DNA from: an uncultured Verrucomicrobiales bacterium
GTDB lineage: Bacteria; Verrucomicrobiota; Verrucomicrobiia; Verrucomicrobiales; Akkermansiaceae
DNA: 64,000 bases
Direction of reading: 5' to 3'
Assembly: GCA_963934155.1 (NCBI GenBank)
Contig: CAWVXI010000001.1
Span: 52,174-116,173, forward strand
The notes below the pieces were generated by a model. That model had not been told where the DNA came from, did not search any database, and saw nothing but the letters and a program-made list of their open reading frames with translations. Below, piece by piece: positions 1 through 10,633 of the stretch; the stretch's first letter is position 1, and each line of letters starts with the position of its first letter. The translations under genes were made by a program, and so were the position numbers.

Positions 1-381
1 CTTCTCAGCGGACTCGTTGGCCTCAGCAAGTCCGCGCTCACGCATCGATACAATTTTGTCATAGGTTTTCATCGCCTGGTCATAAATGCCTGGATCTTTG
101 CCGAAGTCTTTTTTCATCAGTGCGGTGATGAGCCCTTTGATGTAAGCTTCTTTATCGATGTCATCTGCAATGAACCCATAGGAGGCAAACTGCTCGCCAT
201 TCTGGAACCCTAGTCCGTAGCTCATGTCTTGCTTTGCCGATATTTTGTCAGTTGCGGTTAGGTCTGAGATATCGATAGGTAGTTGTATTTTGTCCTGAGC
301 GAGGAGTGTGGAGGAGCCGGCGCAGAGGCATGCTGCCACGGCGGTTATCGTGAGTAGTGTGTTTTTGGATAGGGTGTGCAT
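1..381 (-). CDS. FKBP-type peptidyl-prolyl isomerase (Mip/FkpA-like), 5' part only, runs off the window
   Basis: My own minus-strand translation from the ATG at 381 gives MHTLSKNTLLTITAVAACLCAGSS (signal peptide), then MSYGLGFQNGEQF...DIDKEAYIKGLITAL. This is typical of the FKBP N-terminal dimerisation domain. The frame stays open to position 1. Confidence 0.5.
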   Translation of the reverse strand, partial: MHTLSKNTLLTITAVAACLCAGSSTLLAQDKIQLPIDISDLTATDKISAKQDMSYGLGFQNGEQFASYGFIADDIDKEAYIKGLITALMKKDFGKDPGIYDQAMKTYDKIVSMRERGLAEANESAEK

Positions 382-383
382 GG

Positions 384-1745
384 TTATTGGTCTAGATCGT
401 AGATTTTTTTTGGCTCTGGAATGATGACGTCGCAATCAGGTAGCTTTTCAGCCAACTGGTCACGGAACCATTCGCTTGCTCCGATGTCTCCGTGAACGAG
501 GAACATTTTTCTCGGTGCGACCTTAAGCATGTAGGCTAGCAACGCCTCTCTGTCGGAATGCCCGGAGAAATCAAATATCTTCATATCGCAGTTAAACTGC
601 ACCGGGGTAAGGTCAGGGCTGAGCTCTATTACGTCGCCTTGCTTTGAGGCTCGGATCGCGCCAGCAGGGGAGTCCGGAGCGGCGTAGCCTACAAATAGTA
701 ATGAGTTTTTAGGATTAGAGATGAATCCGTGAGCAAAGCCATTAGAGATGGTTTTCTCGGTCATCATACCGCTCGATAGCGCGTAGATGGCGCCTGGTTG
801 ATAGACGACCGGTTTGCGTGAGCCTTTCTTAGAGGCCGCGCGCACATCCATGTCTCTAAAGATCTGGAATCCAGGCATCTGGCGTGGCGTAGTGTCTGCG
901 AATTCATCGAAAAGGATGGTCATCTTAGTGCTAAGGCCACCGATAAATACTGGCGTTTTTTCAGGGATTCTGCCGCTCTCTTTGAACTTGTGCAGCATTG
1001 TCAATAGTTCTTGAGTCTTGCCCATAGCGAAGACAGGAATCAGCGCTGATCCACCACCTTCAAGAGTTTTCAAGATAGCATCGCAAAGCTTCTGCTCCTC
1101 TTTTTCTCTCTCGTAGGCTGGATCACGCGGTACCGATCCACGGGTGGTCTCGATGATTAGGGTGTCTATTCCTTCCTCTGGGAATTTCGCCCCAGTGATG
1201 AGCGTTTGATCCTCGAAGTTAATATCGCCGGTATAGAATACCCGCTGATCATCCTTTTCCACCATCACACCGGAAGATCCGAGAATGTGCCCGGCATCGT
1301 AAAGCTGGGCGGAGGTGTCCATTGTGATATCGATTCTCTCGCCATAGTCACGCTTGCGCCAGCGTGTCTCTAGTCTATCAAGTTCACGGTGTCCGTAGAG
1401 TGGATATTCGGTGATGCCTAGCTCGGTTCGCTTGCTCTGCATGACGTTCACGGAGTTGTGCAGTAGGGCGTCTGTTAGTCCTGCCGTAGCTGCTGTCATA
1501 TAGACTTCTGCGTCTGGTTGATCACGCATCAATACCGGTAGTGTTCCTGCATGGTCGAGGTGACTATGGGTGAGGAAAATGGCATCCACTGAGTTATGCT
1601 GGAGTTCATCATACTGAGGGATCGCTTCCCCGGCTTCTTGCTTAGGATGCATTCCTGCATCGAATACTATTTTACAATCGCCCGTGTCTAACATGTAACT
1701 GTTAGAACCTATCTCCGTGTCTCTTAATAGACTTTGAAAAATCAT
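384..1745 (-). CDS. MBL-fold metallo-hydrolase of the beta-CASP (RNA-metabolising, CPSF/RNase J-like) type
   Basis: The 453-aa ORF carries the HSHLDHAG metallo-beta-lactamase motif. Its length and C-terminal HGD-type region fit beta-CASP enzymes. Confidence 0.75.
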   Translation of the reverse strand: MIFQSLLRDTEIGSNSYMLDTGDCKIVFDAGMHPKQEAGEAIPQYDELQHNSVDAIFLTHSHLDHAGTLPVLMRDQPDAEVYMTAATAGLTDALLHNSVNVMQSKRTELGITEYPLYGHRELDRLETRWRKRDYGERIDITMDTSAQLYDAGHILGSSGVMVEKDDQRVFYTGDINFEDQTLITGAKFPEEGIDTLIIETTRGSVPRDPAYEREKEEQKLCDAILKTLEGGGSALIPVFAMGKTQELLTMLHKFKESGRIPEKTPVFIGGLSTKMTILFDEFADTTPRQMPGFQIFRDMDVRAASKKGSRKPVVYQPGAIYALSSGMMTEKTISNGFAHGFISNPKNSLLFVGYAAPDSPAGAIRASKQGDVIELSPDLTPVQFNCDMKIFDFSGHSDREALLAYMLKVAPRKMFLVHGDIGASEWFRDQLAEKLPDCDVIIPEPKKIYDLDQ

Positions 1746-1934
1746 TATGGAATGAGCATCTATATTGTCTCAGTAAAAGCGAGAATAAAAAGTGGCTCAG
1801 CGAGCCGTTGACTAGTCATTGGCTGATTGGTTATTGGCAGGATTCTCTGTATCGGATGATGAAACGATGTTATTTCAGAACGTTTCATCGTGCTGGACCA
1901 ATGACGTGACAGAGGCAGCATAACGGTGGGATGG

Positions 1935-3764
1935 CTAAATCTGGTCTAGCTGCAACTTTTTCCAACCCAGAATAGCTTCCCAGATCATCCAGATCTCTAA
2001 TACAATAGTAGCCAGTCCCATTCCAACGAGTAACCATTGGCCTTGTTCAATCCAGCTTAGGTTAGATCCTATCGCTGCTACGAATACTTGATAGAGCATC
2101 GCCCAAGCGGGGATGATGAGCATGAAGACAGTAGGGATGGCGACGAACCAGATGGGTAGATTTTTGCGTTTCATCCAGAAGAGGATCACTAGGAATGCCA
2201 GTCCAGCAAGAAGCTGATTCATCGCGCCGAAGAGTGGCCAGAGGATCACTCCGCCAGAGCCAAATTTTCCTAGCAGACCATCTGAGCCAGGCAGTGCTGG
2301 AATAGAGGCGATGCCGAATGCGATGACAATAGCGATGATTGTCACGAAGTGTTTATTGGTGAGCGGGTGAGGTTTGGTTCTTTCTTGGTCTCCTCTAGTT
2401 ATGAAACAAGCAATCAATTCCTGCATTACATATCTCTGAAGTCGGCAGGCAGTGTCGAGAGTGGTGGCTGCAAATGATGCGACAAAGACTCCCATGAGAG
2501 CGAGGGAGAATCCCTTGCTAAAACCGAGCGCCGTGAGGAAATTACTCGCGCCAACTACGAAGGCACTGACCTTAGCTCCAAGGCCTTTTGAACTCCCCCA
2601 GTCTGCGTATTTTGTATTCCAGGCATCGATTCCTGTGAGAATTGTTCCATCGGGAGTAGTGAATCCTAGCCCCAGTCCAGCGACACAAGCGAGGATCACT
2701 AGCACGGCGAGAAATCCCTCTGTGAGCATGGAGCCGTAGCCTACGAACTTGGCATCGGATTCACATTTAAGTTGTTTCGATGAGGTGCCTGAAGAGACCA
2801 GACAGTGGAAACCAGAGATAGCTCCGCAGGCGATGGTGACGAATAAAAAGGGAAAGATCAGAGGTAAGTTTTTTGCCGTGACATTTTCTTCAATGGCAGG
2901 CGCGACAATTTCTAACGGAGGGCGCACACCATCAATAGGGCTACCGCCATAAATCCCCGCATAAACGAGTCCGATGACAACCAGACCGAGTGCGGAAATG
3001 AGCTGTAAGGAGTTAATATAGTCTCGAGGCTGCAAAAGAGTCCAGACGGGCAACACTGAAGCGACGTAGGAATAGACTAACAGGACACCGACCCAGGTCA
3101 TTAGCGACCAGTTACTGAGCATCTCATTAAAACCATGCACCTGCCCGATGTCGCCATAGATGACGGAAACATACATCACAACTAGTGCGATGATTGAGGG
3201 GATGAGGATATTGAAGCCTTTTTTATGAGCGAGTGTACCGATGATCAGAGCGAGAGGGATTTGGATCATACATGGAGTGATTGCCGCTGGGAACATCCGG
3301 AAAACAACCGCGATCACTAGCCCAAAAATTGCCAGCACTAATGTTAGCGCCATGAAAAGAATCAGCAGAAACAAAAATCTTACCCGTGGGGTGATGACTT
3401 TACCTGCGACATCGCCGACGGTCTGCCCTTTATTTCTGAGCGAAACCACCAGCGCCCCAAAATCATGAACCGCACCAATAAAGATAGAACCAAACAGCAC
3501 CCATAGCAATGCTGGAACCCAGCCCCACATTACAGCGAGTGCTGGTCCTACGATAGGCCCAGTTCCCGCGATAGAGGTGAAGTGATGGCCGAAAACGATG
3601 CCTTTCTTCGTCGGGACAAAGTCCTCACCATCTTCAAGTTCCACTGAAGGGACACGGGCATTTTTATCAAGTTTGAAAATTTTCTCACCGAGCCATTTCC
3701 CGTAAGTATTGTAAGCGATAATGTATAGGATCAGCGATCCCAGCGCGATAGCGAGCGTTTGCAT
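1935..3764 (-). CDS. cstA: Carbon starvation protein A (CstA-family peptide/pyruvate transporter)
   Basis: The 609-aa polytopic membrane ORF has an N-terminus (AYNTYGKWLGEKIF) and overall architecture typical of CstA. Confidence 0.8.
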   Translation of the reverse strand: MQTLAIALGSLILYIIAYNTYGKWLGEKIFKLDKNARVPSVELEDGEDFVPTKKGIVFGHHFTSIAGTGPIVGPALAVMWGWVPALLWVLFGSIFIGAVHDFGALVVSLRNKGQTVGDVAGKVITPRVRFLFLLILFMALTLVLAIFGLVIAVVFRMFPAAITPCMIQIPLALIIGTLAHKKGFNILIPSIIALVVMYVSVIYGDIGQVHGFNEMLSNWSLMTWVGVLLVYSYVASVLPVWTLLQPRDYINSLQLISALGLVVIGLVYAGIYGGSPIDGVRPPLEIVAPAIEENVTAKNLPLIFPFLFVTIACGAISGFHCLVSSGTSSKQLKCESDAKFVGYGSMLTEGFLAVLVILACVAGLGLGFTTPDGTILTGIDAWNTKYADWGSSKGLGAKVSAFVVGASNFLTALGFSKGFSLALMGVFVASFAATTLDTACRLQRYVMQELIACFITRGDQERTKPHPLTNKHFVTIIAIVIAFGIASIPALPGSDGLLGKFGSGGVILWPLFGAMNQLLAGLAFLVILFWMKRKNLPIWFVAIPTVFMLIIPAWAMLYQVFVAAIGSNLSWIEQGQWLLVGMGLATIVLEIWMIWEAILGWKKLQLDQI

Positions 3765-4070
3765 TGCTTAGCCCTATAGGACACTTCAACTACTGACAAT
3801 GGTAAAATCCTATAGCGACGGTCATTAGAAGTTTTATTTCGTATTGTTTTTGGTAAAGATTATTAATCACTCTAACCAGTGTGTATGATTGGTTCTTCGT
3901 AAATTTTTATGGAGACAGTTTGAGCTTTCCGCAAAAGAATAGTATTCTGGTTCGGTAGTTTTCAAAGTTTCTAAAGCATCTACTTTACTATTAATGCAGA
4001 AATATTTGTGCATGGCGGATAGACTGCGCTGTAATGAATAGCCATTATGCTTTACTGGAAGTATTCTACT

Positions 4071-5468
4071 TTAAGTGATGATTTCTGGAATAGGACCTTC
4101 CTGATCGAGGCCGCCTTTCATTAGACCGGGATCAAAGTCACCGTAATGCTTAATCGGATCACCATAGGCGTTGAGGACACTTGTCCACCAGTTGCCAATG
4201 GTTTTATGATTTTGCTTGCCGTAGCCTGGGAATTGGATGTATCGCCCTGGAAGTTTTAGTTTATTTCCACAACCTCCGACGATGACCATAGGCCAACTGT
4301 CTAGTTTGCCGTGGTGTCTGTCTCCAGAAGGACTGACGTAGATGATCATGGTGTTATCGAGCATGTTACCATTGCCTTCTGGAACGCTTTTGAGCTTTTT
4401 GGCCAGGTGAGCAATAATTTCAAAGTGATGGCTGCGGATGGTATTTCGGCATTCATAGCCTGTCTTCCCTTCAGTGCCTTCATTGTGTCCAAAGCCGTGG
4501 ACACTTCCTCCGGAAAGACCTAGACCTTTATAAACTGTAGCACTGTTGTCGATTTTCATCGTCGCTACATTGGTGACTCCCGAAATCAACGCTGCGGCTA
4601 TCAGATCAAAGTGAGCTTCCTGACGGCTTTCCATCATATCTGAAGTGTACTTATCTGTGACCTCTGGTACGTGTTTCTCGAGACTTGCTTTGAGGGCGTC
4701 GATTTTTACATCTTGGCCCTGGAGTCCTTCAAGTGCAGACAAATAGTGATCTAGCTTTGCTCTTTCCTCTGGAGGGAGAGCTTTTTTAGTCTTTTTGATG
4801 TCGGCATGCATGAAATCCAAGAGATTCTTTTTACAGGTTAATTTCTGTTTAGCATACTTATCATTGGTGGCCACTGTGCCGAAAAACTGCTCAAAGACAA
4901 TATCTGGTGAAGCCTGGAAAGGAATGGTTTTCTGGGGGCCAGCAGCTGAAATGTCTGGATAGACAACTCCTTCAGTAACACGAGTACCCCATCCACCTGT
5001 CAGTCCAGTTGCCATGTGGTTGATCGCTGCGGGATTCATTGTCGCTAGCATAGAATCCACTGTGGCGCGCTTGGGAAGGGGAGCGCCTTTCTCACCTGGT
5101 GCTCTCCAAACGCCTAATGCTCCGTAGTTACCCGTATGTCCACCAGAGCACATTTTGCCAGAAAGTCCCTGAACGATAGATAGATAGTCTTTTAACGGCT
5201 CTAAAGCCTTCATGGATGGATCAAGAGTCTGCTTGTCGAGAGAGACATTGATGTATTTATCATTGTCTTTCAAAAGAGGTTTGAGCGATGGCGACTCAAT
5301 TTCATTTGGCATAATACCGCTACTCACGACTACGAAGACAAAACGCTTCGGTAGCTTGCTTTCATCTCCTTGAGCATTCAGTTTTAACTGAGCAAGGACA
5401 GGAGATAGCAGTGAGTAGCTCGACCCGAGTGTGAGACCTTTTAGTATATTTCTTCGTGAGTACGACAT
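4071..5468 (-). CDS. DUF1501 domain protein (sulfatase-fold, Tat-signal)
   Basis: It has a twin-arginine leader (MSYSRRNILKGLTLG). Its size and its pairing with the upstream DUF1592-type gene are typical of Planctomycetes/Verrucomicrobia. Confidence 0.8.
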   Translation of the reverse strand: MSYSRRNILKGLTLGSSYSLLSPVLAQLKLNAQGDESKLPKRFVFVVVSSGIMPNEIESPSLKPLLKDNDKYINVSLDKQTLDPSMKALEPLKDYLSIVQGLSGKMCSGGHTGNYGALGVWRAPGEKGAPLPKRATVDSMLATMNPAAINHMATGLTGGWGTRVTEGVVYPDISAAGPQKTIPFQASPDIVFEQFFGTVATNDKYAKQKLTCKKNLLDFMHADIKKTKKALPPEERAKLDHYLSALEGLQGQDVKIDALKASLEKHVPEVTDKYTSDMMESRQEAHFDLIAAALISGVTNVATMKIDNSATVYKGLGLSGGSVHGFGHNEGTEGKTGYECRNTIRSHHFEIIAHLAKKLKSVPEGNGNMLDNTMIIYVSPSGDRHHGKLDSWPMVIVGGCGNKLKLPGRYIQFPGYGKQNHKTIGNWWTSVLNAYGDPIKHYGDFDPGLMKGGLDQEGPIPEIIT

Positions 5469-5498
5469 GTTATTTTATTTGTTAGTGTTTAGAAAATA

Positions 5499-8150
5499 CT
5501 AATTTGATTCTAAATCTAGACGTTTTCTGTAGATGAATGAATCGGATGTTAGCAGGGAGATCAGCAGTTCCTTAAAACTGCCGTCATTGTTCATGTATGC
5601 TTTTTCAGCTCTAATGAGTGTTTTTGAGTCAGTAAGGAGTTCATTACGACCCATCCAGTAGCGGAAAGTATGTCGAATGATGCTCTGCTGGACTTTCTTA
5701 GATTCCGCGAGACGGTTGATGAGTTCATAAGCATTTTTGACATCTCCGTCGAGTTTCTTATCGCCTGTTCCGTCTAGATAACCTTTAGAGTTTATTGGTT
5801 TTGTCACAAAGATACCTTTAATTTTGGGAAGCCCTTCCATATCTTCTTTTTCTCTCCATTTTCCAAAATCATCAAAGACTTCAAAAGGGTATCCGAGCGG
5901 ATTCATTTTGACGTGGCATTTCCAGCACTGTTTAGCCTCGGTTAAAGAATACCGCTCTCTTAGAGTCTGATGATGGTCTTCTGGGATAGTAGCATCTACT
6001 GTAATAGGGACATCAGGAATCGTTCCAGCGAGTAAGTATTCTCTGATCCATTTACCTCTTCTCACCGGGTCAGTGTGTGAATTTAGCGAATGGGCTATCA
6101 GCCAACTAGGATGGGATAGAATTCCTATGCGTTTACCCTTTGCTAAAACGAATGGCTGCTCTATGGGGAAATCCCATTTTCTAGCTGGTAGGTTATAAGC
6201 TAACAAATAATTAGACCTTTCAATTTTGACACGGTCTCCAAACGACTGGATTCCCAGTTTTTCACATTCATCCATGTGTTTCATTGTCGATTTTAGCATA
6301 TTGCCATTAAAATGATTAAACATTTTATGTAGAGACTGAACGAATTTTTTATGCTCTTTAATCAACTCGTTAGCGTTCTTTTTCCAATTTTTATCTTTGA
6401 AAAAAGCATGCATTTTTTGATAAGCCTCAATTTCGATTTTCACTGCTTTATTATCACCGCTGTGGGCTACAAAGTATTCATTTGTTGTTAGTAGTTTCTT
6501 AAAAACATTCTTATCTTCATTGAGTATATGCCGAATAAGCACATCAGTATCATTGACGTATCTCTGGGCGTAGTTGAAAAAAGTGTATCCCTTGGCAAAT
6601 CTTTTATCATCTTTGAATATGTGGGGTGCGTGGTGATAGCCAAAAAACTCCTGGAAAAAGCGTAGTATGCGAGGTTTATCGATGCTGCTGTCTTCGAGTA
6701 GTCTAGTCACCTCCCGCTTTACATCCTCCCTTATGGTAAGCTTTCCGTTCTGTGCTGCCTCAAGGAGCAGTTGATCCGGTTTTTGGTCAGTCAGAGCATA
6801 AGAAATGGCATAGGCTAATTCTGTCGGGGATAGCATGGTGCGACCATCGCCCACCGGCTTACCTAGGCCAAGTTCTGAACGATAGATGAATTTAGGGCTG
6901 CACAATATAGCGATTAAAGAATTGCGCAGTCCAAAATAAGGACCCGCATCTTTAATGCCATTTTGCATGAAATCCGTGTATTTTGTTAGGTCCTCTTGAC
7001 TGGCGTCCTGCTGAATGGTGCGCTCAAAATGATATTTGATGGCGGCCTCCATCATCTCTTTTGTTGGCTTACCGTCAGCAAGAATAATGTCTCGATATAC
7101 TTGCGGTGTTTTTAATCTGTATTTCCGATTGATTTCTCCATGCATGCCTCGGACATATCGAGGGTTCTTTCCGTCTTTAATCATCTGAGCAATGACATCC
7201 GCCTGCTTTTTAATCACTTTGGCGCGATCAGCATTCCAATCATCCATGGTTTTCCCCTGAGCTTTATAGTCCATTTCGATGAAAGCCATCAATAAGGTGC
7301 TATCGACAATGAAGACCGCATTTCGATGTAAGGTATCAAAAGTCGCTGAATCGGCGTAAAATAGTGAGGCGTAATCAGAGATTCCCTCACCACCACCTTT
7401 ATTAAAGGGTTGGTTGATCTTGTTCAGTTCGCCGATCGTAGCTTTGGGGTTTTGATGGACTCCAAATACGGTTCTTATGGAATTATTAAATTGATAGGGG
7501 CTGCGTCTCCATAAGCGTGCGGGTGAAAAAGCTTCTACTTTGATTTCGCCTGAAAATAATTTTTCATGATCAACGTAATTGGCATAATGGGGCTTGCTGA
7601 TTTTTTCGGCAAGTCGAGATGCTTGATGCTTATCCAGCTCTGTTGATACCCACTTGAATAAAGAATCTCTTTCCTTGCTGGTAGGTTGCGATTTCTTTTT
7701 AGGGGGCATGTGCTTTAAATAGACCTGTTCTTGCATCTTGTTAAATACATCAAGGCGTTCAGGAAGCGCCAGAGAAGCAAGGTTATCTAGTCGGATATTT
7801 CCTTTCTGAATAGCATCATCATGGCAGTTAAAACAGTATTCTGAAAGCATATCATCATGACGCTCACTCATCTTAAAATGTGTGATTACTGGCTCAGCGT
7901 GCTTTTCTTGAGCTTGCGCCTTTAGCTGATTTACTTTATTCGCATGTTTTGGTTTTACTTCCGTATTTACTAATTGGAATTCATCAACGGTCGCTAGCAC
8001 TTCTTTATGAGAATCTGTCTGGGATGGTTTTTTTAAAAAGGAGGGTGAGAAGTAGCCAAAGACAAAAGAAGACATCAAGAATAGCGATGCGATCACTAGC
8101 TGTAAGCTTTTTTTGTTAACTTTTTCTTTGCTGGAGATTTCTTTACACAT
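5499..8150 (-). CDS. DUF1592/DUF1588-family protein with a PSCyt (planctomycete cytochrome c-like) CxxCH motif
   Basis: The 883-aa ORF contains CFNCHDD (a CxxCH motif) near the N-terminus and CWKCHVKMNPLGYPFE near the C-terminus. It sits directly upstream of the DUF1501 gene. Confidence 0.75.
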   Translation of the reverse strand: MCKEISSKEKVNKKSLQLVIASLFLMSSFVFGYFSPSFLKKPSQTDSHKEVLATVDEFQLVNTEVKPKHANKVNQLKAQAQEKHAEPVITHFKMSERHDDMLSEYCFNCHDDAIQKGNIRLDNLASLALPERLDVFNKMQEQVYLKHMPPKKKSQPTSKERDSLFKWVSTELDKHQASRLAEKISKPHYANYVDHEKLFSGEIKVEAFSPARLWRRSPYQFNNSIRTVFGVHQNPKATIGELNKINQPFNKGGGEGISDYASLFYADSATFDTLHRNAVFIVDSTLLMAFIEMDYKAQGKTMDDWNADRAKVIKKQADVIAQMIKDGKNPRYVRGMHGEINRKYRLKTPQVYRDIILADGKPTKEMMEAAIKYHFERTIQQDASQEDLTKYTDFMQNGIKDAGPYFGLRNSLIAILCSPKFIYRSELGLGKPVGDGRTMLSPTELAYAISYALTDQKPDQLLLEAAQNGKLTIREDVKREVTRLLEDSSIDKPRILRFFQEFFGYHHAPHIFKDDKRFAKGYTFFNYAQRYVNDTDVLIRHILNEDKNVFKKLLTTNEYFVAHSGDNKAVKIEIEAYQKMHAFFKDKNWKKNANELIKEHKKFVQSLHKMFNHFNGNMLKSTMKHMDECEKLGIQSFGDRVKIERSNYLLAYNLPARKWDFPIEQPFVLAKGKRIGILSHPSWLIAHSLNSHTDPVRRGKWIREYLLAGTIPDVPITVDATIPEDHHQTLRERYSLTEAKQCWKCHVKMNPLGYPFEVFDDFGKWREKEDMEGLPKIKGIFVTKPINSKGYLDGTGDKKLDGDVKNAYELINRLAESKKVQQSIIRHTFRYWMGRNELLTDSKTLIRAEKAYMNNDGSFKELLISLLTSDSFIYRKRLDLESN

Positions 8151-8309
8151 TAATGATTTAATATTTGTTTACTTTAAACTTCCTTCAACTCTTCGCAAGA
8201 ATTTAAGCTTTAGCGATCTGCCCCTATTTTTCGTTAGTTTGATTATACGTGAAAGAAAGATGCTGGAATTACGATTTCATTAATTAGAGGTATCCCATAT
8301 TAGTATTAT

Positions 8310-8690
8310 TTATTCCTCTAGATGCTCATCATCAGCTTCATCCTGATCCTCTGGATGGTCTTCATCTTTGATGATCTCGCCTTGTTCTAGGGCTGAGATG
8401 CGCAGGTGTTCTTCCTCGTGGGAGATGATTTGTAGGGTGGCGTTGATGCCTTCGCGGACGGCGGCGGCTTTGAGAACATTGCGGATAGCGCTGGCGGTGA
8501 AGCCGTTTTTTCCTATGAGAATCGGAACGTCTTGCTCGGCGACGATGAGCCGGAAGCGGATGTGAGTCTCGCTGGCTTCCGCGACCCTGAGCTGCGCTTG
8601 TTCTGGGTGGTTGATGAATTGGAGCGCGATGAACTGGAGGAAGTTGCGCATTTGTTCCGTGACTTCTTGCATGTGTCTATTGTGGGACAT
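8310..8690 (-). CDS. KH-domain RNA-binding protein (KhpA/UPF0109-like) with an acidic tail
   Basis: LIGKNGFTASAIRNVLKAAA matches the KH GXXG-type core. I moved the start to the internal Met (MSHNRHMQEV) because the longer ORF overlaps the divergent pyrF start. Confidence 0.65.
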   Translation of the reverse strand: MSHNRHMQEVTEQMRNFLQFIALQFINHPEQAQLRVAEASETHIRFRLIVAEQDVPILIGKNGFTASAIRNVLKAAAVREGINATLQIISHEEEHLRISALEQGEIIKDEDHPEDQDEADDEHLEE

Positions 8691-8769
8691 GTGCGGTGAT
8701 CTGCAATGATATTTATGATCGTTGTATTTGAGCTTGTAAGATTTGGCTCTAGGAAAGATGATCTGCAGC

Positions 8770-9567
8770 ATGCGCTATGGAGAGAAATTACAGCAGAGAA
8801 TGAAGGCAACGGGGTCGAGATTGTGTGTGGGCTTAGATCCTAGACCTGATCTTGATGGAGGAGGGATTGAGGAAGTGCCGGAGTTTTTGGATCGGGTGGT
8901 GGGGGAGACTTGGGAGTATGCAGCGGCGTTTAAGCCGAATATGGCTTACTTTGAAGCGATGGGGGTTCGTGGCTTGGAAATTTTAGAGAACTTGCTAGAG
9001 AAGATGCCTAAGGAGGTGCCAGTGATTTTGGATGCTAAGCGGTCGGATATTGGTGAGACGCAGAAGTATTATGCGAAGAGTTATTTTGAGAACTGGGATG
9101 TGGATGCGGTGACGCTGAATCCCTTTCTAGGATATGACACGCTGGAGCCATTTCTGGACTGGGAAGGCAAAGGGATCTACGTGCTTGCGGTGACATCGAA
9201 TCCCGGGAGCGCGGACTTTATGAGGCAGAAACTGGATGCCTCCCATGGAGACAAATACGTTTTCGAGCTGGTGCAGGATATCTGTATCCGCGCTGCGGCT
9301 GAGGGGCGTAAGACTGATGTGGGAATGGTGGTGGGTCTGACGAATGCGAGTGCGGATGTGTTAGAGAGGGTGAAGGATTTTCCTCTATTGATACCCGGGT
9401 TGGGTGCGCAGGGTGGAGATCTAGGGAATATGGCAGGGAAGGGGAGAACAGCACCGGATACGATCAATGTCTCGCGTGGGATCACTTATAAGGAGATGGA
9501 GAAAAGTTTTGGGCAGAAGGCGAGGGAGTGGGCGGATAAGATAGCGGCTGCATATCCAGTATCCTAA
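8770..9567 (+). CDS. pyrF: Orotidine 5'-phosphate decarboxylase (type 2)
   Basis: SRLCVGLDPRPD, ILDAKRSDIGET and LIPGLGAQGG are hallmark PyrF motifs. The start is taken at the ATG at 8770 (MRYGEKL). Confidence 0.85.
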   Translation: MRYGEKLQQRMKATGSRLCVGLDPRPDLDGGGIEEVPEFLDRVVGETWEYAAAFKPNMAYFEAMGVRGLEILENLLEKMPKEVPVILDAKRSDIGETQKYYAKSYFENWDVDAVTLNPFLGYDTLEPFLDWEGKGIYVLAVTSNPGSADFMRQKLDASHGDKYVFELVQDICIRAAAEGRKTDVGMVVGLTNASADVLERVKDFPLLIPGLGAQGGDLGNMAGKGRTAPDTINVSRGITYKEMEKSFGQKAREWADKIAAAYPVS

Positions 9568-9574
9568 ATAGAAA

Positions 9575-10633
9575 ATGTTAGATTCTCTCCGACTTCAAAA
9601 TTTCCGTTGTTTCGATGCTCTTTCAATAGATCTGGCGGAAGGCGGAGCTTTGTTTGTGGGGGATAACGCCCAGGGGAAGACCTCTATCCTTGAGGCCGTC
9701 TGTGTGCTGATGCGGCTGAGTTCACCGAGGTCGAAGCGGATGCAGCCAATGGTGAAATTTGATGCTGAACATGGCTTTGGCGTAGCTGGAGATGCTGGTG
9801 ATAGGGCACTACGGGTAAGTTTTACCAGAGGCAAGGCAACGATGTCTGTGGATGGCGAGGAACTAAATACCCAGACGGAATACTTGCAGAATAGCGGGCT
9901 GTTGGTGTGGATGGGGAATGAAGATGTGGAGCTGGTGAAGGGGAGCGGTGGTGTCAGACGGCATTATTTAGATTTTCTCTGCTCGCAGATAGATGCTGGC
10001 TATCGGGTGGCGCTGAGTAGGTATCGGAGAGTTTTAAAAGCGAGGAATTTGCTGTTGAAGGATGGTGGGAATAGAGACCAAGAAGTGAATGCTTATGGGG
10101 GGTTACTCATCGAGTATGGGGATCTGTTAGGTTCTGTTAGAGAACAAGTGGTGGCTGAGCTTTTGCCGAAGGCGGCAGAGGTGCAGGTGGCGATCAGTGG
10201 GGTGGATGAGAAGCTGGGGATGGAGTATGTTTCAGGTAGTGGTGGTGATATGAGAAGCGCGCTGGAGGCTACTTATGAGAGCGAGCGCAGACAGCGACAG
10301 ACGCTGGCTGGACCGCACCGTGATGAGGTGAAACTGCTCATCAATGGGATGTCCGCGAGCGATTACGCCAGCGAAGGACAGCAGCGGACGATGGCGCTGG
10401 CGCTGAAGCTAGCTCAGGGTGAAATTTTGAGAGAGAGAGGGCAGAAATTCCCTATCTATTTATTAGATGATATTTTTGGTGAGCTGGATTCGACCCGTAG
10501 GAATGCTCTGATGGATTACTTGCCTAAGGATGCTCAGAAGCTGATCACGACAACGAATGTGGACTGGTTAAGTGATGATCTAGGACTCGATACATGGAGT
10601 AGGTATCATGTGCATCAGGGAGGTGCCTCTTGA
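9575..10633 (+). CDS. recF: DNA replication and repair protein RecF
   Basis: LRLQNFRCF, the Walker A motif GDNAQGKTSILEA, the signature SEGQQRTMALALKLA and the Walker B motif YLLDDIFGELD are all present. Confidence 0.85.
   Translation: MLDSLRLQNFRCFDALSIDLAEGGALFVGDNAQGKTSILEAVCVLMRLSSPRSKRMQPMVKFDAEHGFGVAGDAGDRALRVSFTRGKATMSVDGEELNTQTEYLQNSGLLVWMGNEDVELVKGSGGVRRHYLDFLCSQIDAGYRVALSRYRRVLKARNLLLKDGGNRDQEVNAYGGLLIEYGDLLGSVREQVVAELLPKAAEVQVAISGVDEKLGMEYVSGSGGDMRSALEATYESERRQRQTLAGPHRDEVKLLINGMSASDYASEGQQRTMALALKLAQGEILRERGQKFPIYLLDDIFGELDSTRRNALMDYLPKDAQKLITTTNVDWLSDDLGLDTWSRYHVHQGGAS

Noticed and set aside
1858-1889. A 9-bp hairpin, GATGAAACG...CGTTTCATC, lies downstream of cstA.
   Set aside because: There is no U-run on either strand, so it is not a convincing intrinsic terminator, and no other function is evident.
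8513-8809. A 98-aa minus-strand ORF overlaps the KH-domain gene in another frame.
   Set aside because: It has a Ser/Arg-rich low-complexity translation typical of an off-frame reading. The KH frame has a recognisable domain.
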